Of a stretch of 64,000 nucleotides of DNA, positions 30,301 to 38,357 are shown one piece after another (position 1 is the first letter of the stretch; each line of letters begins with the position of its first letter). Position numbers and translations under genes: made by a program. Below the pieces are notes generated by a model, which worked only from the letters and a program-made list of their open reading frames with translations, did no database searches and was not told where the DNA came from. Source of the DNA: a virus; IMG/VR virus record IMGVR_UViG_3300022602_000028, one strand, 5' to 3'.

Positions 30301-33300
30301 CTATATTAGTACAACTGGAACAAGCTGGTCTGTAACTGGCCTTTTACCAAGTAGCTTAACATGGAGTTGTATAGCTTATGGAACTGGTGCCGCAACTTGG
30401 GTAACACTAGCAGGTGGTACTACACCAACCAGCAGTGGTGCTTATAGTATTAACAACGGAACAACATGGACCGCTATGACACTGCCTGTGGCAGCAAACT
30501 GGACTAGCGTAACATGGGGTAATAACCGTTTTGTTGCAGTAGCTCAAGGTAGCACAGCAGTTATCTATTCAACTAATGGTGTAACCTGGACACAAAGCCC
30601 AACTGGTTTAATTACTAGTTATGCATGGAATAATGTCAAATATGGCCAAGGTAGTTTCTTTGCAACTGCAACTACATTGAATCCTACAGTTAGCAATACT
30701 AGTTCTGGTAATAATTTAATTACTTTAAGTTCAACAACTGGTTTGGCTACAGGACAAACATTAGTTCCAACAGCAGTAACACAATCAACTACTGCTAGTG
30801 CAACAACTAGTGCAACAGCAGTAACAAATAATAATAGTATTATCACTGGTACAGTATTCACACCAGGACAAGTTAACTATGGAACATTTGCTACTGGTAT
30901 GACTTTAAGTGGTACCGGTGTATATACAGGTCAAGGTATTGCTATAACATCAGTATCTCCAAGTACACCTACATCAGGTAGTACAACATATACTTTTGCT
31001 ACACAAGCAACTATTCCATTCCAAGTTAATCAGGCAATTACTGTTCAAGGTATATTACCAGTAGGTTATAACGGAACATTTACAGTAACTGGTGCAACAA
31101 TTAATACCGTTGTAGTATCTAATGCAACAACAGGTAGCACAACCGCACTTGGTACAATTACAAGTACACCAACTTATATCACTGCTCAAACTAACTTTAC
31201 TAGTACAAGTAGTACTATTGTTGGTACAACACTAACAGTTGGTGGTACTATTACTGGTACAGTTGCAGTAGGTCAATATTTGTCAGGTGTAACATGGTCT
31301 AACACATTCTCACAAATTATTGGTACAACATTAAGTTTGGCAGGTACTACAACAGGTACTGTTGCCGCTAACCAATACGTTGCCGGTTATCAAGCTACTA
31401 ACACAAGTGCAACTAGCACTTATGTAACAAGTGGTACACAAATTAGTGCTGTTGTTAACCCAACATTTACTGGACAAGTAAGTGCTGGTACAGCAATAAC
31501 ATTTACTGGTTATACCATTGGCAACATTCTTTATGTTACAAGTACTCCAAGCAGTACTGGTATCGTAGTAGGTATGACATTAGCCGGTACTGGTATCACT
31601 GGAGGAACGTATATTGTTAGCAATATTAACGGTGCGGCCACAACAACAGGTAGCTGGGTTATTAACTTATCTCAAACTGTTGCTAGCTCAGGTAGTCCAA
31701 TTGCATTAACTGCTACACCAGTAACAATTAACGTTACTGTAAATAGTGGTACAATTTTACCAGGTACAGTTATTAGTGGTAGTACAAGTATTCCGTCAGC
31801 ACAAAACTTAGCAATTACAGGTATTACTGGTAACGGTATTACAGTAAGTGTAACGTATGCTACTCAAAGTGCGGCACCTTTCATTGCTGGCCAAAGTATT
31901 ACAATTAGTGGTGTTACCGGTTCGGGTAATGTTTACAACGGAGTATGGACTGTAACAGGCGCCACAACAACTTTAGTACAATTCTCAAGTGCGTTATCTG
32001 TAACAAGCGGTGCGCTTGGTACAATTACTAGCGCAGGAGCATTTATTTGTGCTAACGGTACGGGTTCAGGCAATACAGGTACATACTATGTTGCATGTAG
32101 CAACCAGTTAAGTACAGCAAGTTTGAGCTTGATTGGCACATACTACACAGTTAATAACAGTCAAACTGTATTACAGACAAGCACAATTAACGGCAATCAA
32201 ACAATTGGTTATATCACATTGTTCGGTAGCGGTACAGGCGGCGCAGGTACTTATACAGTAAGTACAGCATTAGCTTTAAGTACACCACAAATTATTAATG
32301 GTGTTAATTATACAGTTAACCAAAGTCAATCAGTTTCAGCTACACAAATTACTGGTTTAAGCAACGTAGTTACTGTAGCATCAAGTGGTACTACTGGTAT
32401 GGTAGTAGGCGAAACTGTTGCTCTTACTGGTGGCAGTGCCGCAGTAACTCCAAATTTAACTGCATCTACTGTAAGTACAAACGCATTAACATTAAGTAGT
32501 GGTACAGGTGTAACAGCAGGTCTAGCAATAGTTCCAACAGCAGTTACATATACTCCTAGCATTACAAACGTAAGTCCATTAAGTAACTATGTTACATTTA
32601 GTGGAACTGGAGCTTCAAGTGTAACTCAAGGTATGAGTTTTGTACCGACAGCAGTAACACAAAGTATAACAGCTAGTGCTACTGTAAATGCTTCAACTAG
32701 TTTGACAAGTAGTACAATTAATGCTAGCGGTGTATTAACAACTGGCGGCGGCGCACCACAAGTAGGTATGGTTATTACTGGTACTGGTGTACAAGTTGCA
32801 CAAAATATTCAAATTACTGCTACTGCTGGTTCAGGCATTACTGTAACACTGACTTACGCTACACAAGGTAGTGTACCATTCTTAACCGGACAATTAATTA
32901 CTGTTCAAGGTGTAATTCCGGCAGCCTACAATGGTACATTTGTTGTAACTGGAACTCCAACAACAACTCAAGTACAATATTCAAGTAATGCAACTGGTAG
33001 TATGACAACTGCTGGTAACGTTATTAGTTTGCCAACATATATTGTAAGCGGTAGTTCAAATACATGGCAGTTAAACTGGACAACTGGTGCCGCTCAAGCA
33101 TCGTTGACTACATTCACTGGTACAGCTAACTTGATTACAGTTAATAGTACAACTGGTTTAGCAATTGGTTCGCAATTTACTACACCTGGTACAGGCACAT
33201 TTGGTAACTTAGTTCCAAATACTCCTTATTATATTACTGCGATTGTTCCAACTACTAACCAAATTAGTGTAGCAACAACTTATCAAGGTACAAGCAACGT

Positions 33301-36300
33301 TACTTTAACCAGTGCGGCAGCGGCCTGGACTGCTACAGTTGGACAAAATATGGGTGGCTTAAACAGCGGAACTACATATTATATTGCAAGTTTAACTAAC
33401 AACTCAGGTAACAGTAGTACAGCAGGTACCCAGTACTATGCAACATTAAGTACAAGTCCAACACTAACACCAGTATTAACATTTGGTTGGGGTGCTGGCG
33501 CCTACACAAGCGTAGTTGGCGGCGTATTAGGTGGTACAACTCCTGTGATTACAAGCACAGCAAGCGGTGGTAATTTACTACAGTTGAGCAATACTAATAA
33601 TATTGTTCTTGGGCAAATTATTACTCCTGTGGCTGTAAGCCAATCATTAAGTGTTACAAGTACAGTTAATGCTACTGCAAGTTTAACAACTAGTACAATC
33701 AGCACAGCTGGTGTACTAACAGTCGGCGGTGGAACTCCAACTCCGGGTATGATTTTAACTGGTACTGGCGTACAAGTTGTTCAAAATATTGCTACAACAG
33801 CAATTACTGGTAACGGTACAACTGCTACAGTAACTTATGCTACACAAGGTAGTGTACCGTTCTTTGCAGGACAGTTAATTACTATCCAAGGTGCAGTTCC
33901 AGCTAGTTATAACGGTACATGGACTGTAACTGGATCTCCAACAACGACTCAAGTACAGTTTGCTAACACAACATTGTTAACAGCCACTACACAAGGTATT
34001 GTAACAAGTCTTCCAACTTACGTTGTAAGTCAAATTACAGCTACTACATGGCAGACTAATTTGTTCCAAGCTGCCGCAGTTGGTAGCACTACAATTACTG
34101 GTACTGCTAACTTGATTGGTGTTGGTAATGCTACTAATATTGTTCCAGGTCAAACATTTACAACACCAGGTAGTGGTACATTTGGTAACTTAGTAGCAAG
34201 TACAACATACTATGTTAAAGCAGTTAGCCCATTAACTAATCAGATTAGTGTAAGTTCAACTTATTTTGGTGCTGATTTTGCAGTAACTGGTACAGTAGCT
34301 AGCCCAACAACTGGTAGTTTTATAGCAACTAGTAGCGCAACATACGGTAGTTTAACTAGCGGTACACCTTATTATGTAAGTAGTATTCCTGCTCCAGGAT
34401 ATGTAACTTTAGCAACCAATGCTACATTAGCAACTCCAGTAGCATTAAGTATGGGTAACGGAGTTTGGACTATTAGTAGCAACGGAATTATCGGCGGTAT
34501 TAATAGCGGACAAGTTTACTATGTAGTCAGTGGCGGTGCTAATACTACTATTAGCCCAAGCCCAAGTTTAACTCCTGTATTACAATTAACTAGTGGAACA
34601 GCTAACTGGACAACTAGTGTAAGTAGTAGTTTTGGTGGTTTGGCATATTCATCAAGTAGTGCTAACTATTACATAACAGAAATTATTAGTAGTACACAAC
34701 TAGCATTAAGTACCAGCTATTTTGGCCCTAACACCCAGTTAGCTACTGCTACTGGTGGTAGTGTAACAGTTACTACTGGCGGAACATTTGGCGGATTAAC
34801 ATCTGGTTCAACTTATTATGTTGCAAGTATTACTGGTAACCAAGTTACTCTAAGTACAAGTGCAACATTAACTCCAACGATAACTGTAACCAATGGTAAC
34901 AGTGCTTGGACTAGTTTAATTGGTACTACATCAAGTGCTGGTGCAAGTAGCCCAGATGGAATTAACTGGACAATACGTGCATTGCCAAGTAATAGTTGGT
35001 CAGGAGTGACATTTGGTAACCCAAATAGCGTTCCTACATGGAGCTTGATTGGTACTAATAGTACTGTAGCATCAACTATACCAAACTTTACTACTGCGCA
35101 AGCTCGTGTAACTATTGCAAGTAACACAATCGCTAGTTTTAGAATGATTGAACCCGGTTCAGGATACACTAGTACTCCAACAATTACTATTACAGATCCA
35201 AACGTAACTAGTGCGGCTACATGGAGTATAAGAATTGGTGCTGGCGCATTAGGTCAACCTAGCTTTACTAATAGAGGAACTGGATACAGTAGCCCAACAG
35301 CCACAGTTAGCAGTTCAGTTGGTTATGCAGATAGCTATCAAGTTGGACAATATTTCAACGTACAAAACTTACCAAGTTTGCCTGTAGCAGGTAGCAACGT
35401 AGTATTAGCAGGCAATGCTATCTATTATAAACTGGTATTGTACAGTAGTGCTATTGGTACACAAGCAATATTCACTGGTTATATTAGTGGAACTACATTG
35501 TATGTAACCAATAACGTTGGACAGACAATTACTGCTGGTATGTACTTACAAGCATTTGGTATTACAACTCCTGTAAGCATTACAGGTTCTGCATTAACAG
35601 GTAGCGGAGTAAGCACAACAAGTAGTTGGACTATTACTAATAATACTAACGGTAATATTGGAACAAGTAGCGCACCTGTAAGTATCACAGCTGGTACATA
35701 TAGTGCTACGTTCCAAATTAATCCAGTGTTTACTGCGGCTAATGCTCCGGTTCACGGAACAGTAGTAACTTCAAGAATATTGTACAGTCAAGTACGTTTA
35801 ACAGGCCATGATTTCTTGAGTATCGGTACTGGTAATATTGTAACAACAAATTATCCAAATACTCCAACTCAGTTAGCTAATACAGCTAATCAAACTGTTC
35901 AAAACGGAGGAGGTCGCGTATTCTTTACAAGTACAGACCAAGACGGTAACTTTAACGTTGGTAATTTGTTCAGCGTACAACAAAGTACTGGTGTAGCAAC
36001 TTTAAATGCTAACGCATTTAACTTAGCTGGACTACAGACTTTGACATTAGGTAGCGTAGCGTTAGGTAACAGTAACACTACAATTACACAATTTAGCACT
36101 GATGGTACATTCTCAGCTAATTCGGACAATATTGTTCCGACTCAAAAGGCTATTAGAACGTACATTACTAGCCAAATTGGTGGCGGAGCAAGCTCAATCA
36201 ACGTAAATACACTGATTGCAGGATACGTACAAATTACTGGTCAGACGATAAGTAATACTAACAACACACAAATCAACGTGCGTAATAAGATGTATTTTAA

Positions 36301-36352
36301 ACAGGGTGTAGATGGTAGTCCCTTAGCTTTAAACTACTTCTTATTAAAATAA
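24335..36352 (+). CDS. giant tail fibre/spike-like protein (4005 aa), paralog of 18930 with large T/S/G-rich insertions
   Basis: same N-terminus (FK...IR..WK.TW), repeats, core and C-terminal YSQ.RLTGHDFLSI...TDQDGNF as 18930. Confidence 0.7.
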   Translation: MAEFKLGRIRFVWKNTWAGSTTYYKDDVVRYGGKTYLCLTGHTSSSVSNGFYTDLSSNYWQLSADGQSWTGTWVASTVYKIGDLVKYGGTVYICNTGHVASTTLETNQSYWDQWATSLNFIGPWIAGTTYKVADIVTYGATVYRCNTGHTAAATPALGLEANQSSWDVLNQAFAYVGAWSAPTTVTGTISGTTLTTTGGSPAIGQVLSGGSIAAGTVILSGSGTTWTLSISNGSLSSATYTASPRYRINDVVKYGAGLWICTTYHSSTNAGFATTNFARLVDGLEFSNSWSVSSAYAVGDTVTYGGYTYVAKTNVTNTSLSLASSVGNGTSVTYNFASQTIQPFVAPQSVTITGATGTLASNTSTGVGATAVFTASVTSSTTLSVSSVTSGTITVGSVISGTGVTVGTTILALLSGNGSSGASTWQLSTSQNFTSTTVSASANTGVATLVFNTAQSVAPFQIGQIITVSGFTGGATGYNGTQTVVSCTQTYLTFASSTTPYATGGTITITGYNGSYVVQSATSSSVTVLNTNIIPMTGGTITNSPPTTNTGSWGLLSTGFSYQSTWTTSTAYKIGAVVSFGAYTYLVTADHTSSATIIPPNASYYALLNPGMRWTTYATGASYVSPTNTTTSGTGSGATFTVGVNGTTYTVTKTGNGSGYSTNAVIKIAGTQVGGLTPANDILITVQQSGGAITTFTFTGLAVTWYSGSSYVLGDQVTMGYNSYICVLAHTAATGNRPDNDTTGTYWNQVASGAETNVLTTQGDIVYFGGAGATRLPIGTDGQVLKVVGTTPTWATFGQINNVYYVAPSGTDNYTNGYGVTLDKPFATIKYAASIVAAGVNNPNAVALLKANKTWMQNEMWYWSTYEKSVSASPFSPSSVYDQTKSYRDSGFIIDGVIYDLSRGGNSQTIFNAYAFFQPGTNTFYDTTVAAEMPYFIAMLTELASLMQNALTQTAPGTSYQTVMTAPNPVSQVTAGSAAESGATTATTTLMNYIITALTTVSTAALPSRSSGQSATIFVKTGTYNEILPISIPENCSLVGDELRTTIVQPASTTATVTGFISNGTNSSTAGTTLSVTAVTSGSVTNGMWLQSAGVIALPTQITSINAGTLNSPSIAATTVASTASVGSVTGSGPWTATLTGLSNANLFTVGATISATAGSSTSLSGMASSGGGVFTITTPSITIAVGMTVTLTSANTGTASNVTAGSYTITAIASQTQFTIAALATATSGTIATQTWAISAGSLYSGSPTSAVVTSIPSATSITYTVTGGNLPVAGPITAVTQTQLTAGASSTGLTVGGVLSGGSVTTGTYIVGQIYGASGTAVVNSVSSGTSGTNTITVTSNANIAIGQFVSGNGASIAGLPANTYVTGFTGTSVTLSNNLTASISSTAIYFFTAGGAGLYGINQLATGTPTAATSYTVTLSQSTASATITLNYTSGNMFYMRNGATLRNMTLQGLSGTLGTANGYGTQRPSAGAYVSLDPGTGPNDTSVWIFNRSPYVQNVTTFGTGCIGQKVDGALHNGGNQSITSNDFTQVLSDGIGAWVTNLGRAELVSVFTYYNNIGYLSENGGKIRATNGNNSYGLYGSVAEGVNAFETPITGTVNNRAGQASIGVVLANNSNSIYRVEYTNAGNNYSPAYGIAAQATTYTFNGGNNNAVAISDETRDNAVFETRVLSSGAGYIYVTSTPQAGDIATITLAATDNAISASYLGLRVIINNGTGSGQYGYIANYNASTKIALVAKESFTPIVVTNTTAVTNVLTVASTITLYSGMPVVFTGTAYTGSLLSTLTTYYIVNGSITSTTFQLATSAALAAGGSANAITLGTTSGSAFILNAAGWDHVIPGTAAVASMDTTTTYQIESRITYSSPSFTYNPGSITSAAWTASTYANGYYVAVAGTASGTNTAGYSTNGTSWTVGSTLPAITNWSSVAAGTIAGAWYYVAVANGSASSAYSTNGTSWTSMTGLPVGNWNQVAYGNGYFMTVNNGNNGCYISTTGTSWSVTGLLPSSLTWSCIAYGTGAATWVTLAGGTTPTSSGAYSINNGTTWTAMTLPVAANWTSVTWGNNRFVAVAQGSTAVIYSTNGVTWTQSPTGLITSYAWNNVKYGQGSFFATATTLNPTVSNTSSGNNLITLSSTTGLATGQTLVPTAVTQSTTASATTSATAVTNNNSIITGTVFTPGQVNYGTFATGMTLSGTGVYTGQGIAITSVSPSTPTSGSTTYTFATQATIPFQVNQAITVQGILPVGYNGTFTVTGATINTVVVSNATTGSTTALGTITSTPTYITAQTNFTSTSSTIVGTTLTVGGTITGTVAVGQYLSGVTWSNTFSQIIGTTLSLAGTTTGTVAANQYVAGYQATNTSATSTYVTSGTQISAVVNPTFTGQVSAGTAITFTGYTIGNILYVTSTPSSTGIVVGMTLAGTGITGGTYIVSNINGAATTTGSWVINLSQTVASSGSPIALTATPVTINVTVNSGTILPGTVISGSTSIPSAQNLAITGITGNGITVSVTYATQSAAPFIAGQSITISGVTGSGNVYNGVWTVTGATTTLVQFSSALSVTSGALGTITSAGAFICANGTGSGNTGTYYVACSNQLSTASLSLIGTYYTVNNSQTVLQTSTINGNQTIGYITLFGSGTGGAGTYTVSTALALSTPQIINGVNYTVNQSQSVSATQITGLSNVVTVASSGTTGMVVGETVALTGGSAAVTPNLTASTVSTNALTLSSGTGVTAGLAIVPTAVTYTPSITNVSPLSNYVTFSGTGASSVTQGMSFVPTAVTQSITASATVNASTSLTSSTINASGVLTTGGGAPQVGMVITGTGVQVAQNIQITATAGSGITVTLTYATQGSVPFLTGQLITVQGVIPAAYNGTFVVTGTPTTTQVQYSSNATGSMTTAGNVISLPTYIVSGSSNTWQLNWTTGAAQASLTTFTGTANLITVNSTTGLAIGSQFTTPGTGTFGNLVPNTPYYITAIVPTTNQISVATTYQGTSNVTLTSAAAAWTATVGQNMGGLNSGTTYYIASLTNNSGNSSTAGTQYYATLSTSPTLTPVLTFGWGAGAYTSVVGGVLGGTTPVITSTASGGNLLQLSNTNNIVLGQIITPVAVSQSLSVTSTVNATASLTTSTISTAGVLTVGGGTPTPGMILTGTGVQVVQNIATTAITGNGTTATVTYATQGSVPFFAGQLITIQGAVPASYNGTWTVTGSPTTTQVQFANTTLLTATTQGIVTSLPTYVVSQITATTWQTNLFQAAAVGSTTITGTANLIGVGNATNIVPGQTFTTPGSGTFGNLVASTTYYVKAVSPLTNQISVSSTYFGADFAVTGTVASPTTGSFIATSSATYGSLTSGTPYYVSSIPAPGYVTLATNATLATPVALSMGNGVWTISSNGIIGGINSGQVYYVVSGGANTTISPSPSLTPVLQLTSGTANWTTSVSSSFGGLAYSSSSANYYITEIISSTQLALSTSYFGPNTQLATATGGSVTVTTGGTFGGLTSGSTYYVASITGNQVTLSTSATLTPTITVTNGNSAWTSLIGTTSSAGASSPDGINWTIRALPSNSWSGVTFGNPNSVPTWSLIGTNSTVASTIPNFTTAQARVTIASNTIASFRMIEPGSGYTSTPTITITDPNVTSAATWSIRIGAGALGQPSFTNRGTGYSSPTATVSSSVGYADSYQVGQYFNVQNLPSLPVAGSNVVLAGNAIYYKLVLYSSAIGTQAIFTGYISGTTLYVTNNVGQTITAGMYLQAFGITTPVSITGSALTGSGVSTTSSWTITNNTNGNIGTSSAPVSITAGTYSATFQINPVFTAANAPVHGTVVTSRILYSQVRLTGHDFLSIGTGNIVTTNYPNTPTQLANTANQTVQNGGGRVFFTSTDQDGNFNVGNLFSVQQSTGVATLNANAFNLAGLQTLTLGSVALGNSNTTITQFSTDGTFSANSDNIVPTQKAIRTYITSQIGGGASSINVNTLIAGYVQITGQTISNTNNTQINVRNKMYFKQGVDGSPLALNYFLLK
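32645..34270 (+). repeat. internal duplication: two 645-nt (215-aa) units, 32645-33289 and 33626-34270
   Basis: TYATQGSVPF.GQLIT.QG..PA.YNGT..VTG.PTTTQVQ...TGTANLI...FTTPG.GTFGNLV occurs in both units. Confidence 0.85.
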
Positions 36353-36366
36353 TTGGAGAAACATAA

Positions 36367-36687
36367 ATGGCAACAGGAAGATTAGGTATTCAAGATTTAG
36401 CGGCAACTACAAATACAACTTTGTATACTTGCCCGGCAGGTTATTTTAGCGTAGCCAGTGTGACAATTTGTAACAGAAATGCAACATCAGTTACAGTTCG
36501 TCTAGCATTGACTAGTAGTGCTACAGTTACCGATAACTCATATTTAGAATATGGTACAACAATTCCAGCAAACAGCGTATTAGAACGTACAGGTCTAGTA
36601 TTATCTGCTGGCCAATTACTTGTAGTTTACTCAAGTAGTTCATCAGTTGACGCAGTAGCGTACGGAATTGAAACAAGTATCACTTAA
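36367..36687 (+). CDS. small virion protein, ~110-aa family, paralog 3
   Basis: TTLYTCP...SVTICNRN...IPANSVLERTGLVLSAGQ. Confidence 0.6.
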   Translation: MATGRLGIQDLAATTNTTLYTCPAGYFSVASVTICNRNATSVTVRLALTSSATVTDNSYLEYGTTIPANSVLERTGLVLSAGQLLVVYSSSSSVDAVAYGIETSIT

Positions 36688-36700
36688 TTAGGGGAATAGA

Positions 36701-38356
36701 ATGGGTCGTTTTGTACCAATTAGTTTTAACACGGTCGGCTTAGAAAAACGTGCTCCAAAAGTTTCTGCGGCTGGTTCAGTAGCGGGAGCAAAGAGCTACT
36801 ATGACGGCACACAATGCTGGCAATATAAAGTAGTGTATGATCGTCCAGGATGCTATTGTTTTGTAGTTCCAACGACTGCACTTTGTGCAAGAACAGTTAT
36901 TGTAGGCGGTGGTGGCAAACCAATGTGTACAAATGGTAACTGTTGCGGATTTGCTGGAGCAGGCGGAGCATATAGTGAAAAATTTCACTCAGTTACCGGC
37001 GGCACTACTTATTTTACAATCTGTGTAGGTCGCCAACAACAAAATTCTTCAGTAGCATGTAATGGTAGTGCTGTTCATACAGCGGGTGGTGCATCATATT
37101 GCACACCAGGTACAGCAAGTGGTGGAGATTTTAACAGTAGTGGCGGCCTTGCTGGTTATAACTGTAATTATTGCGCTGGCTCGGTAAGTCATTATTGCGG
37201 AGCTTGTATCTATACTAATACAACAACATGTTGCGGTTATTGCTTAGTGTTTTCATATACAGATGCACAACATGGTGATACCAATGGTTGCTGTTTAGCT
37301 GCCTATGCTGGCGGCGGAAGTGCTGGTAGTCCTCGTGCTTGCCAAGGCGGTTGCGGAATGACTGTTTGTAATTCAGGAACCATTAACCACGGAGCTACAG
37401 CAGGCGGCGGTGGTGGTATTGGCGGATTTATTAACGGAAACACATCTACTTATGTATGGGAATTTACTTGCTGTAACTGTGTTTGCCCATGGTTTGACGG
37501 CAATGTCGGCGGCAATTGTCAGTATTGGCGTATCGATTATCCCACAGGCGCAGGTGGTGGCGGTGGAAGTCACAGTTCCCAACCACCTAACTGTCGTAGT
37601 TGGGAAGGTGTGTGCGGAGCTATGTGGTGGGTTGGCGGATGTGGCGGACGAGGCGGCGCCAATGTTAGTCCTAAAGAAGGCGCTCCAAACGTTTATGAAT
37701 TAACTTATCGTTGTCGTTATAACGATAGCTATGGTCAAAGTTGCCCACATTGGAATATGAAATTCCAACCTAAACTTAACGATCCTTGTCGTTATCCATG
37801 GTGGGATGTTTGTAATATCTCTGGTGCAGGTGCTCCAGGATTTATGAATGAAACTACATATTTCTTCTGTTGCCAGTCAACATTACTAGATGGTTTCTTT
37901 GGTCGCCCAAGTAATGCAGGTGAAGGTGGCGGTACAGGTGGTTGGGTAATGCGTTGTTGCAACATGGATCAGATGGGTGCAATGGTTCCTAAATTTCCTA
38001 ATAGTCCAGCTGACGGTATTAACTGGACACTATTATGTTGTTTAGGTAGTCAAGCAGATCCTTTTAGATGTGATGCGGCTTATACACTTAAAGATAAACT
38101 ATTCAGCGGCGCAATGACTTGCGCAGGTATTTTAGGAGGTTCAGGTGGCACAGGAGTTTGCTTCTATACTAGTAAAGCAGGATTCGGTGGCGGTGGTGGA
38201 ACAGCAAAATGCCATATAACATGTGTATGTTGGGGCGGAAGTTATGACTGTTGCAACGGTTCAGGAGCTCCATTAGCATTTCCACCGTGTTATTTAGATA
38301 ATTTAGTTAGCAATGCGGGCTCAGGCTACGCAATCGTATATTGGAAGGAAGCATAA
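36701..38356 (+). CDS. Cys/Gly-rich putative fibre-tip adhesin 1 (551 aa, 49 Cys by manual count)
   Basis: glycine-rich phage fibre motifs (VGGGG, AGAGGAY, GGGGG, C-terminal GSG.AIVYW) with many CC and CxC motifs. Confidence 0.55.
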   Translation: MGRFVPISFNTVGLEKRAPKVSAAGSVAGAKSYYDGTQCWQYKVVYDRPGCYCFVVPTTALCARTVIVGGGGKPMCTNGNCCGFAGAGGAYSEKFHSVTGGTTYFTICVGRQQQNSSVACNGSAVHTAGGASYCTPGTASGGDFNSSGGLAGYNCNYCAGSVSHYCGACIYTNTTTCCGYCLVFSYTDAQHGDTNGCCLAAYAGGGSAGSPRACQGGCGMTVCNSGTINHGATAGGGGGIGGFINGNTSTYVWEFTCCNCVCPWFDGNVGGNCQYWRIDYPTGAGGGGGSHSSQPPNCRSWEGVCGAMWWVGGCGGRGGANVSPKEGAPNVYELTYRCRYNDSYGQSCPHWNMKFQPKLNDPCRYPWWDVCNISGAGAPGFMNETTYFFCCQSTLLDGFFGRPSNAGEGGGTGGWVMRCCNMDQMGAMVPKFPNSPADGINWTLLCCLGSQADPFRCDAAYTLKDKLFSGAMTCAGILGGSGGTGVCFYTSKAGFGGGGGTAKCHITCVCWGGSYDCCNGSGAPLAFPPCYLDNLVSNAGSGYAIVYWKEA

Positions 38357-38357
38357 A

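Noticed and set aside
24335-36352. Intein or intron explaining the giant fibre and sheath sizes
   Set aside because: No Cys/Ser...His-Asn splice motifs, no LAGLIDADG motif and no frame breaks; the inserts are T/S/G-rich structural modules.
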